From contig JAISNN010000053.1 of the NCBI GenBank assembly GCA_031276195.1, positions 38,896 through 102,895 on the forward strand: 64,000 nucleotides of DNA, written 5' to 3'. The notes beneath the pieces were generated by a model, which was not told where the DNA came from, made no database searches, and saw only the letters and a program-made list of their open reading frames with translations. Positions 48,721 through 57,797 of this stretch are shown here, piece by piece. How positions within the stretch are numbered: position 1 is the first letter of the stretch; each line of letters begins with the position of its first letter. The translations under genes were made by a program, and so were the position numbers. Origin of the DNA: Clostridiales bacterium (GTDB lineage: Bacteria > Bacillota > Clostridia > Christensenellales > JAISNN01).

Positions 48721-49677
48721 ATGGACGAGTCCCGTAATAAAGAATTTTCAAGGTTTTTCATTAAAAGGCTTTTGCCTGCGTTTGCCGTAATAGCGGTCTC
48801 GCTTATCGCGATGTGTTCGTGCGAATTTTTAAAAGGGATTTTCAACCCGGAAAAAAACGCGAAAGAGCCGGCTAAATATGCCGTTACATATATTATGAAC
48901 GGCGGAACAAACAACGCGGATAATCCGACCGAATATACCGAAGAGGACGGAATAACCTTGAAAGATCCGACGCAAAAGGTGTGCGTTTTCAAGGGCTGGC
49001 GCGAAGACGGAAAATTCGTTTCGGGGATAGAAAAAGGAAGCGCGGGGAATAAAACCTTTACCGCCGAATGGGAATTGGCGGATTCTTTTGAATACGGATT
49101 AGAATTTGAAGACACGGCGGCGGATTCATATGAGGTAACGGATTATAACGGAAAGGCGGCGGACGTAATAATACCGAGTATGTATTACGGTAAGCCCGTA
49201 ACGGGCATCGGCTCGTTCGCGTTTTCTTCATGCAAATCATTAAGCGGTATAGTAATACCGAATAGCGTTAAGAACATAGGTTCTAATGCTTTCAACGGTT
49301 GTTGGTCATTATCTATCGTAGCGATACCGGACGGCGTGGAGAGTATAGGCGCGAATGCGTTCTATGAGGCGGGTATATGGAACAATGCGGGCAGAGGAGT
49401 AGTATATGCCGACAAATGGGCGGTGGGATACAAAGAGGACGGCCGGACGGATATAACGTTAAAGGCGGAAACCGTCGGGATAGCCTCAAACGTGTTCTAT
49501 CGGTTTGAAACATTACGGAGCATAGAGATACCGAACGGGGTCAAAAGGATAGGCGCGAAAGCGTTCGCTTATTGCCCCGAATTAACGATATACTGCGAAG
49601 CGGACGGAGCACAGGGCGGATGGGATTCTGCTTGGAATTATAGTAATAGACCCGTAATATGGGGATATAGAAAATAA
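48721..49677 (+). CDS. Small BspA-type LRR surface protein with Listeria/Bacteroides-repeat domain
   Basis: Signal/anchor FAVIAVSLIAMCSC, YAVTYIMNGGTNN...FKGWRE...FTAEWE domain, then 4-5 LRR units. Confidence 0.75.
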   Translation: MDESRNKEFSRFFIKRLLPAFAVIAVSLIAMCSCEFLKGIFNPEKNAKEPAKYAVTYIMNGGTNNADNPTEYTEEDGITLKDPTQKVCVFKGWREDGKFVSGIEKGSAGNKTFTAEWELADSFEYGLEFEDTAADSYEVTDYNGKAADVIIPSMYYGKPVTGIGSFAFSSCKSLSGIVIPNSVKNIGSNAFNGCWSLSIVAIPDGVESIGANAFYEAGIWNNAGRGVVYADKWAVGYKEDGRTDITLKAETVGIASNVFYRFETLRSIEIPNGVKRIGAKAFAYCPELTIYCEADGAQGGWDSAWNYSNRPVIWGYRK

Positions 49678-49856
49678 TGCGAAATGCAAAATTGCGGATA
49701 AAAATAAAACAAATAAACAACGTACAATATATACGTTTGCGGAAATTTTTTTATGGGAATCTCCGATAACTAAACGGGATTTAGGGATATTTTGGCATAT
49801 CCTCCCGCCGCGGTTCACAACTCCCTCAACCGCAATCTAAAAAAACATTAACCAAA

Positions 49857-49886
49857 ACCGTCGGTTTATCCGGCGGTTTATTTCTT
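49857..49886 (+). terminator. Intrinsic terminator of the 48721..49677 gene
   Basis: ACCGTCGG-tttat-CCGGCGGT followed by TTTATTTCTT. Confidence 0.5.
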
Positions 49887-49921
49887 AAAAAAAAACACCG
49901 CCCAACGAAAAGCGGGCGGGC
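49887..49921 (-). terminator. Intrinsic terminator for an unannotated minus-strand transcript
   Basis: The minus strand reads GCCCGCCCGCUUUUCGUUGGGCGGUG followed by U9. Confidence 0.6.
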
Positions 49922-50869
49922 AAAAACTTTCTCAAAAGGATTCAAATAAAACGGGAAACGACCTTCGGAACAATTCGCGCGCCGACCGAAAAGACCGCCG
50001 CCGATCAAAAAAAAACGATATGTTTCAAGAAATTTTTTCCGGTATAAACACGCCGAGATAAAAAACCGCCCGGAAAACCCGAGTACGGGCATAAACGCTT
50101 GCGCGGTTATTCACGGGGCGATAAAAACCTTTCGCGGCATAACCAGTCCGTAAAAAAAACTTTTCGGAGAGTCAAAAAATCCGCCGCGTATAACGAAAAC
50201 TATTTAAATCCTTTTAGAAAAACGTATTGCGCTTTGCCGCCGCCGGGAAATTTAATATCCCCCGTTCGGCTTCTTTAAAAAAAAACGTATTACACTTTGC
50301 ATATGTACGCGTCCGATAATCTCTAACAATCACCGCCGCCGACCGCCGATCACCAAAATACCGCCGTTCACCGACCGCTAAAATGCCTCCGCCGCTAACC
50401 GCCGACCGCCGATTACTAAAATACAAACGTCCGCCGTTCACCGAACTACCGCCGGCACGCCGCCGATCGTTAATATCAAAAAAAATATGAGACAAGCGTA
50501 AGACGAGTTGCAGTCGGCAAAGCAAGCAAAACAAGCAATACAAAAGACACTTCCCTTTTTTGGACCCGTCAAAGCCGCGCCGAAATTATTCCCTTTTTAC
50601 AAAGCGCGCTTCCGTATTCGTTACGCTTGATCTCGGATATATTATAAACTAACAAGCGTTAGTTTGTCAAGCGATTTAATTCTAATTATTCCTTATGTAC
50701 TGATAAGAACAACTTATATGCCCGCCTTTTCGGCGCATTATACCGATGCGGAATCACTAAAAGTTTTCTCACGCATATTCCTTCAAATTTTTATTATTTT
50801 CTTAAACAACGAATAAAAAAAACGAAAATAAAAAAACACCCTTCACTAAAAGTTTTTGAAAGAGGGTAC

Positions 50870-50903
50870 GGGAGAAAAACTTTTTTCAAAAAGTTTTCTC
50901 CCG
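50870..50903 (-). terminator. Long hairpin downstream of the pepF stop (shared terminator module)
   Basis: GGGAGAAAAACTTTTT-tc-AAAAAGTTTTCTCCC. Confidence 0.5.
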
Positions 50904-50988
50904 TATTCCTTATTTTCAAATTTTTATTATTTCTTTTTTTAAAAAAGTTTTTTCACGCACTAATTCCCCGCTCTGTCTAAAAAAAACT

Positions 50989-52770
50989 CTATAAAATCTC
51001 TTTTTTCAATTCGTTCAAAACTCTTTTAAAGACGCCCATCGCCTTTTCGAACGGTTCTTTTTTCGTCAGATCCACGCCGGCGAGTTTCAAGATTTCCACG
51101 GGCGGCGCGCTTCCTCCCGCGGACAAAAATTTTTTATATTCCGCGACGGCGTCCGCGCCTTTTTTCAGGATTGAATCGGCGATTGACACGGCGGATATTA
51201 TGCCCGTCGAATATTTATAGACATAGAACGCGTTATAAAAATGCGGAATTCTCGCCCACTCGTATGAAATCAACCCGTCGTGTTCGATATCCTCTCCGTA
51301 ATATTTTTTTCCCAACTTCGCGTAGCCGCCGCAGAGTGAAACCGCGTTTAAGGGTTCGTCTTTTTCCGCCAGCCCGTGCGCGAACCGTTCAAACTCCGCG
51401 AACATCGCCTGACGGAATAGAGTCGTCCGGAACATATCGAGATAATAGGAAAGGAAATATTTTTTCGATTTCGCGTCCGCGTTTTCGATGAGATATTCGA
51501 GGAGCAACACTTCGTTGACGGTACTTGCGACTTCCGCGACGAAAATTTCGTAGCCCGCCTTAGCGAACGGCTGATTTTTATTTGAATAATAGGAATGCAG
51601 GGCGTGTCCCATTTCGTGGGCGATCGTAAAGACGTCGTGCGTCGTTTTTTGGTAATTCAGCATAACGTAAGGGTGAACGCCGTAAGCGTCGGCGGAGTAC
51701 GCGCCGCTTCTTTTGTTACGGCTTTCGCAAACGTCGATCCAACCGTTTTCGTATGCTTCGCCGAGCAGCCCCGAATATTCCGCGCCCATAGGCGACAGGG
51801 CTTTTTTGACGAGCGCGTAAGCGTCTTCGTATTCGAGTTTGACGTCGGCGTTTTCGACTAATGGTACGTGGAGGTCATAGAAGGTGATTTTTTTCAATTT
51901 CAAGGCTTTTTTTCTGAGCGCGATATAGTCGTGCAGGGCGGCGGTATTTTCGCCGACCGATTCTATGAGGTTATCGTACACCGAAACGTCCACATTTTCG
52001 CCCGACAAAGCCCTATCGAGCGCGCTTTTATAGTTTCGGACGCGTGAAACGAACACGTTTTTCATAACGTTTCCGGAATAATTCGCCGCGAGGGTATTGA
52101 TATTGCGTTTAAACGCGGAAAACATCGAGGTATAGGCGCGTTTTCTGACCGTTCTGTTTTCGTTTTGGAGGAGTACGCCGTACAGTCCGTGCGTCAAATC
52201 GACCGAACCGTTTTCCGTTTTAACCTTATCGAAAACGATATCCGCGTTGTCGAACATATTAAATGTTTCTTTGAATTTCGACGAAAAGGAATACATTTCG
52301 GTCAGCAATTTTTCCTCTTTTTCGGAGAGGATGTGCGCTTTATTTCTCAAAATTTCGGTCAGCATATAGTCGTAGTCGCAAAAATCCTTATCCGCGATCA
52401 ATTCTTTTAAGTATTCTTCGCCGAACGACGACAATTCGGGCGTCAAAAAGGACGAATCCGAGCCGATTTTGACGGACAGCGCGATTAATCTGTCGAACAT
52501 TTCGCCGTAAATGTTATTTTTTGTGTCCTCATCCTTTTTCATATGGGCGTAGAGTCCGAGGAGATTGAGGTCGTATGAAATTTTGTCGCTTTCCTTTAAG
52601 CATTCCAAGAGGATTTTTTTATCGCCCAGCCGCCCCTTATAGGCGGAGATTGCGTTCGTTTTTTTTGAAAGCGCGTCCAGCGCGGCATAAAACGCCCCGT
52701 CGCTCTCAAAAATATCTTTGGTCGCCCATTTATATTTTTCATCGATTTCGCTTCTTTTTAGAACTTTCAT
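50989..52770 (-). CDS. pepF: Oligoendopeptidase F (M3B)
   Basis: HEMGHALH zinc motif, 593 aa, family-typical N-terminus (W.T.D.F...). Confidence 0.9.
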   Translation of the reverse strand: MKVLKRSEIDEKYKWATKDIFESDGAFYAALDALSKKTNAISAYKGRLGDKKILLECLKESDKISYDLNLLGLYAHMKKDEDTKNNIYGEMFDRLIALSVKIGSDSSFLTPELSSFGEEYLKELIADKDFCDYDYMLTEILRNKAHILSEKEEKLLTEMYSFSSKFKETFNMFDNADIVFDKVKTENGSVDLTHGLYGVLLQNENRTVRKRAYTSMFSAFKRNINTLAANYSGNVMKNVFVSRVRNYKSALDRALSGENVDVSVYDNLIESVGENTAALHDYIALRKKALKLKKITFYDLHVPLVENADVKLEYEDAYALVKKALSPMGAEYSGLLGEAYENGWIDVCESRNKRSGAYSADAYGVHPYVMLNYQKTTHDVFTIAHEMGHALHSYYSNKNQPFAKAGYEIFVAEVASTVNEVLLLEYLIENADAKSKKYFLSYYLDMFRTTLFRQAMFAEFERFAHGLAEKDEPLNAVSLCGGYAKLGKKYYGEDIEHDGLISYEWARIPHFYNAFYVYKYSTGIISAVSIADSILKKGADAVAEYKKFLSAGGSAPPVEILKLAGVDLTKKEPFEKAMGVFKRVLNELKKEIL

Positions 52771-52789
52771 TTTTTACGCTCCCTATTTT

Positions 52790-53040
52790 TTTGTTAGGCG
52801 GAATTTTTTATAGTATTTTTTTTGTTATACGGAATTTTTTATTATGTTCTTTGTTTTATTCCCGAATTTTTTATTATGTTCTTTGTTTTATTCCCGAATT
52901 TTTCATTGCGTTCTTTGTTTTTATTCCCGAATTTTTTATTGCGTCCTTTATTTTATTCCCGAATTTTTTATTGCGTCCTTTGTTTTATTCCCGAATTTTT
53001 CATTGCGTTCTTTGTTTTTATTATGTCTTTTATTTTTATG
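52790..53040. repeat. ~33-bp tandem repeat, about 7 copies
   Basis: Unit TTTGTTTTATTCCCGAATTTTT(T/C)ATT(A/G)(T/C)GTTC. Confidence 0.9.
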
Positions 53041-53100
53041 CCGTATACCCGACTCCATATCCTTTTAAAAAGTTGAGATTAAGAGTGTAAGTCCGTCCTC

Positions 53101-53255
53101 AAATTCCCCTCCGTGGGAGGGGCAAGGGGTGGGGCGAAACTTCCCTCACTTTCCTTATATTCCCCTCCGTGGAATGGGATCAAAGGGGTGGGGCGAAACT
53201 TCCCTCACTTTCCTTATATTCCCCTCCGTGGAATGGGATCAAAGGGGTGGGGCGA
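53101..53255 (+). repeat. Hairpin plus G-tract repeat family, 3 copies (2 with a disrupted hairpin arm)
   Basis: Copy 1 is CCCCTCCGTGGGAGGGG. Copies 2-3 are CCCCTCCGTGGAATGGG. Confidence 0.95.
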
Positions 53256-53462
53256 ATTTACCCGACGCTTCCAAGTGCGGGGCGTTTATATAACGCATTA
53301 TATCATACTTATATAACGTTTTTAGCGGTACTATACCGCGAAAAACAATCCGTACGGCAAGGCGCGCGGTATTATCAAAAAACTCTCGTTCCCATAATAA
53401 AAAACACCTTTTCCTCGCGGTACTATACCGCGAAAAACGTTATATAAACGCCCTACGATACG

Positions 53463-56400
53463 TCAAGCGAAATACTTCACTCCGTTTTTAAACAAATCCC
53501 CGTTCTTATCGCCGTAAACATTCTTATAAAGCCCATCGCCCGTCCTTTCGTTATGCCCCATTTTGCCCAAAATCCTTCCGTCGGGGCTGCACAAGGCTTC
53601 GACCGCCATAACCGATCCGTTCGGATTAAACTCGCCCAGCATAGTGGGATTTCCGTCGAGGTCGGCATACTGCGCGCAGATCTGCCCGTTTTCGATCCAA
53701 TTTTTCACGAGATTTTGCGGCGCGGCGAGTCTGCCCTCTCCGTGGCTCATGGCGGTATAGTGAATATCGCCCGGCTTAAAGCCGTAAAACCAGGGCGATT
53801 TATTCGACGCGATTCTGACGGGTACGATTTTCGCAACGTGCCGTCCGATCGCGTTATAAGTCAGCGTCGCCGAGCCTTCGTTTTGCGGAGTGATTTTTCC
53901 GTTCGGCACAAGTCCGCTTTTTATGAGGGCTTGAAAGCCGTTGCAAACGCCGAGGATCAGCCCGTCCCGCGCCAAAAACTCGTTTATCGCGTCTGCGGTT
54001 TTGGCGTTTCTTATGACGTTCGCGATATATTTCGCGCTCCCGTCCGGTTCGTCGCCCGCCGAGAAGCCGCCGGGGAACATAATTATCTGCGCGCTTTTGA
54101 TCTCTCGCACGAGATTGTCGATCGACTCTTCGATGACCTTAGGGGAGAGCGTGCGGAATATCGGAACGGACACTTCCGCTCCCGCGTTTAAGAACGCGCT
54201 TTCCGAATCGTATTCGCAATTCGTCCCGTAAAAGGCGGGTATAACGACCTTTGGTTTTGCGTATTTAAAAGCAGCGAACGACGGTTCCGCCGTAAAGTTG
54301 ACGGGAACGACGTTGCGTCCCAAGTCTTTTTTGCTCGGGAATACGCTCTCGAAAGTCGAACGATACGCAAGGAGAGCCTCATCCCGTTCGATTTTTTCCC
54401 CGTTGATCTCCATATATCCGCTTTCCGTCGTGCGTCCGATTTTGAGCGCGCCCGGAAAGTCTATCTCGTCTTTGGACTCGGCGGCGATCGCGCCGTAACG
54501 GAATTCAAAAAGCCCGTCCGCGTCGAAATTCACCTCGAATCCGATCCCGTTTCCGAACGACATTTTCGCCAACGCTTCGCCGACGCCGCCGAATCGAACC
54601 GCCGCCGCCGCCGATATGCTCCCCTTTTTAATTCTTTCCGTAATTTCCGAAAAGTTATCTTTCAGCCTTTCAAAATCGATGATTCCGCAGTCGTCTGAGG
54701 GCGCGGAAAAGAGGTATATATTCCGTCCCGCCTTTTTGAATTCCGCGCTTATTACGTCGTCCGTATTCACGGTTTTGACGGCGAAACTGATGAGCGTAGG
54801 GGGTACGTCTATATTTTTAAACGTGCCGCTCATAGAGTCCTTGCCGCCGATAGAGGGCAATCCTAAGGCTTGCTGCGCGGCATACGCCCCGAGCAGGGCG
54901 GCAAGCGGTTTACCCCATCTTTTTTTGTCCGTTCCGGGTTTTTCAAAGTATTCCTGAAAGGTGAAGCGTATTCCCGAAAAGCCCGCGCCGGCGGCTACGA
55001 TTTTCGCGGCGGACTCGACGACGGCATACAGCGCGCCGTGAAAGGGCGACCGCTCCGAAAGGTACGGATTATAGCCGTAGGCGGCGATACTCGCGGTTTT
55101 AGTCCGGCCCCTTACGGGCAGTTTTTGAACCGAAACGTCCGCCGGAGTCTCCTGATATTTCCCTCCGAACGGCATCAAAACCGTGGACGCGCCGATCGTA
55201 TTGTCAAACGTTTCGACCAATCCTTTTTGGCTTGCGACGTTGAATTGAGCGAGATTTTTCAAGAATTTTTCCTTTATATTTCCATTTAAATTCCGCGGTT
55301 CTATACCGCCGTTTTCGGAATACGCGGAATCCGAAAAACGTCCGTCTTTCTCACCGTCTATTCCGCCCCCCGAATTCAAAAAGCGTCCGTCTTTCTCACC
55401 GTCTATCCCCGTCCCCGAATTCAAAAAGCGTCCGTCTTTCGCGCCGTCTATTCCCGTCCCCGAATTCAAAAAGCGTCCGTCTTTCGCTTTCCTTATTTCA
55501 AAAGCGGGATTCAAAAACAACCCGTTTTTCGGCGTTCCGTTTTCCTCCTCCGCGTTCGGAAACGCTCCGTCCTTCGGGGCTTCGATTTCCGCCGCGACGC
55601 GCGCCCGAACGCCGTTCGTATTCAAAAAGTCGCGTCTGAGGTCCACGATCGGTTTTCCGCCGTATTTCATTTCGAGCCGTCCGCCGCCCGTTATTTCGGC
55701 GACGACGTCCGCCTCCAAATTTTCCTCCGCGGCGAGCGCGATAAACCTTTCCGCGTCGGCTTTATCGGTTACGACGGCCATACGCTCCTGCGATTCTGAG
55801 ATTGCGAGTTCCGTTCCGCTCAGCCCGTCGTATTTCGTCGTAACCTTATCGAGGTCGATTTTTATGCCGTCCGCGAGTTCGCCGATCGCGACGCTGACGC
55901 CGCCCGCGCCGAAGTCGTTGCATTTTTTAATCAACCGCGACGCGGCGGGATTTCTAAACAGCCGTTGAATTTTTCTTTCTTCGGGCGCGTTGCCCTTTTG
56001 GACTTCGGACGCGCTTTTTTCGGTGGAGAGGGCGTCGTGTTCTTTGCTGCTTCCCGTCGCGCCGCCTATGCCGTCGCGGCCGGTGCGTCCTCCCAATAAG
56101 ATCACGACGTCGCCCGGGGAGGGTTCTTCGCGTCTGACGTTTTCCGCTTTCACCGCGCCCGCGACAAAGCCGGCCTCCAATCTTTTCGCCGTATAGCCCT
56201 CGTGGTAGATTTCGCTTATATGCGTCGCGGCGAGTCCGATTTGATTTCCGTAAGCGGAAAAGCCTTGCGCCGCCTTTTTGGTTATGACGCGCTGAGGGAG
56301 TTTGCCCTCGATCGCGCTTGAAACGGGCGCGGTTGGGTCGCCCGCTCCGCTCACTCTCATAGATTGATAGACGTAGGCGCGCCCCGAGAGCGGGTCGCGG

Positions 56401-57797
56401 ATCGCGCCGCCGATACACGTACTCGCGCCGCCGTAAGGTTCGATCTCCGTCGGGTGGTTATGGGTTTCGTTTTTGAACTGCAAGATCCATTTTTCGACGC
56501 CGTTTTCCGTTTCCGCGTCGACGTAGAGCGAGCAGGCGTTGACCTCTCCCGAGACTTCGATATCGTTCAGCCGTCCGTCTTTCCGCATCTCCTTTCCGCA
56601 TACGGTAGCCAGATCCATAAGGGTTACCGCGCGGTTTTTCTCCTTATCGCCGTATACGTTTTTGCGGCTTCTTATATAGTTTTCGTAAGTTTTTTTAAAC
56701 AAATCGCCGTATTTTCCCTTTGGAAATTCGATTTCGGCGATCTCCGTCTCGAAAGTCGTATGGCGGCAATGGTCGCTCCAATAGGTATCGAGGACGCGTA
56801 TTTCGGTTTCGGACGGGTCGCGTCTTTCGATATTTTGGAAATACTTTTGAATGAAAGCCAGGTCCGCGGTATTCATAGCCAGCCCCATATTCTTTTTCAT
56901 CCCGTCCAATCCCTTGACGGACAACCCGTTAAAGCCCTTCAAGACGGGTACGGCGCGATCCGCGCGCGCGCTTTTGGGCGGTTCGAGGACGAAGAGATTT
57001 TTTTCGCGGCTTTCGATGGGGTTTATGACCTGTTTTTTGATAAATTCGAGATCGGACGGGCTGATTTTCCCTTCCAAAACGAAGAGTTTACCGCTCTTTA
57101 TGACGGCGTTGCCGTCGGGACGGATCAAACGCACGCACTGCTCCGCGCTGTCGCCCCTTTGGTCGTACTGCCCGGGCAAAGACTCGACCGCAAAAAAGAC
57201 CTTTCCCCTCAAATCGACGGCATTTTTTGACAATCCGCCCTTACTTCCGTCAAGCCGCTCCCCTTTGGAATAGTTTTCTCCGTTTTCGTTATGAATTTCA
57301 CCGATTTTTTGCCCTTTTCCGGCATAATTTCCGCCGTTTTTTAGTCCGTTTTCAACGTAATTTCCGCCGTTTTTTGCTCCGTTTTCAACGCAATTTTCAC
57401 CGTTTTTTATACATTTTTCGGTATAATTTTCACAGTTTTTCAGCCCGTTTTCAACGCAATTTTCACCGCTTTTTATACCTTTTTCGGCATAATTTTCACC
57501 GTTTTTTTGATTATTTTCGACGCAATTATTCCCGTTTTTTACCGATTTTTCCGCGTTAAGCGCACTTCCGTCCAAAATAATTCCGTCCGTGTACAAAATA
57601 TCCGCGGGCGGTTCCGAAAATACCGTATCGCAAGCGGCTTTAAAAACGTTCTCATCGATATTAAAAACGTCATAAATATTAATAACGCGAACGGCTTCAA
57701 GCCCCTCGATATTCAAAACCGACTTAAAATTCTCCGTCAAACCCGCCGCTTCGACGTCAAAATTCTCCTTTTTCTCAACAAAAACCCTGTAATTCAA
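53463..57797 (-). CDS. purL: Phosphoribosylformylglycinamidine (FGAM) synthase, single-chain type, with two in-frame repeat insertions; TTG start
   Basis: N-terminal PurS-like region (FVEKKENFDVEA...), LPGQYDQRGDSA, AIR-synthase-like repeats, C-terminal GATase (GVCNGFQ, ..HGEG). 1444 aa. Confidence 0.9.
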   Translation of the reverse strand: MNYRVFVEKKENFDVEAAGLTENFKSVLNIEGLEAVRVINIYDVFNIDENVFKAACDTVFSEPPADILYTDGIILDGSALNAEKSVKNGNNCVENNQKNGENYAEKGIKSGENCVENGLKNCENYTEKCIKNGENCVENGAKNGGNYVENGLKNGGNYAGKGQKIGEIHNENGENYSKGERLDGSKGGLSKNAVDLRGKVFFAVESLPGQYDQRGDSAEQCVRLIRPDGNAVIKSGKLFVLEGKISPSDLEFIKKQVINPIESREKNLFVLEPPKSARADRAVPVLKGFNGLSVKGLDGMKKNMGLAMNTADLAFIQKYFQNIERRDPSETEIRVLDTYWSDHCRHTTFETEIAEIEFPKGKYGDLFKKTYENYIRSRKNVYGDKEKNRAVTLMDLATVCGKEMRKDGRLNDIEVSGEVNACSLYVDAETENGVEKWILQFKNETHNHPTEIEPYGGASTCIGGAIRDPLSGRAYVYQSMRVSGAGDPTAPVSSAIEGKLPQRVITKKAAQGFSAYGNQIGLAATHISEIYHEGYTAKRLEAGFVAGAVKAENVRREEPSPGDVVILLGGRTGRDGIGGATGSSKEHDALSTEKSASEVQKGNAPEERKIQRLFRNPAASRLIKKCNDFGAGGVSVAIGELADGIKIDLDKVTTKYDGLSGTELAISESQERMAVVTDKADAERFIALAAEENLEADVVAEITGGGRLEMKYGGKPIVDLRRDFLNTNGVRARVAAEIEAPKDGAFPNAEEENGTPKNGLFLNPAFEIRKAKDGRFLNSGTGIDGAKDGRFLNSGTGIDGEKDGRFLNSGGGIDGEKDGRFSDSAYSENGGIEPRNLNGNIKEKFLKNLAQFNVASQKGLVETFDNTIGASTVLMPFGGKYQETPADVSVQKLPVRGRTKTASIAAYGYNPYLSERSPFHGALYAVVESAAKIVAAGAGFSGIRFTFQEYFEKPGTDKKRWGKPLAALLGAYAAQQALGLPSIGGKDSMSGTFKNIDVPPTLISFAVKTVNTDDVISAEFKKAGRNIYLFSAPSDDCGIIDFERLKDNFSEITERIKKGSISAAAAVRFGGVGEALAKMSFGNGIGFEVNFDADGLFEFRYGAIAAESKDEIDFPGALKIGRTTESGYMEINGEKIERDEALLAYRSTFESVFPSKKDLGRNVVPVNFTAEPSFAAFKYAKPKVVIPAFYGTNCEYDSESAFLNAGAEVSVPIFRTLSPKVIEESIDNLVREIKSAQIIMFPGGFSAGDEPDGSAKYIANVIRNAKTADAINEFLARDGLILGVCNGFQALIKSGLVPNGKITPQNEGSATLTYNAIGRHVAKIVPVRIASNKSPWFYGFKPGDIHYTAMSHGEGRLAAPQNLVKNWIENGQICAQYADLDGNPTMLGEFNPNGSVMAVEALCSPDGRILGKMGHNERTGDGLYKNVYGDKNGDLFKNGVKYFA
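55285..55590 (-). repeat. In-frame ~45-nt tandem repeat inside purL ((A/E)KDGRFLNSGTGIDG, about 4 copies)
   Basis: The DNA unit AAAAAGCGTCCGTCTTTC(T/G)C(A/G)CCGTCTATTCC(C/G)... and the peptide unit are both visibly reiterated. Confidence 0.9.
57213..57572 (-). repeat. In-frame 33-nt tandem repeat inside purL (KNGENCVENGx, about 9 copies)
   Basis: The peptide reads KNGNNCVENNQ KNGENYAEKGI KSGENCVENGL KNCENYTEKCI KNGENCVENGA KNGGNYVENGL KNGGNYAGKGQ ... Confidence 0.9.

Noticed and set aside
34091-53255. The hairpin/G-tract arrays as CRISPR arrays (period ~59 bp, palindromic core)
   Set aside because: The segments between cores are conserved from unit to unit, so there are no unique spacers. 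The arrays are scattered at five loci and none adjoins the cas genes.
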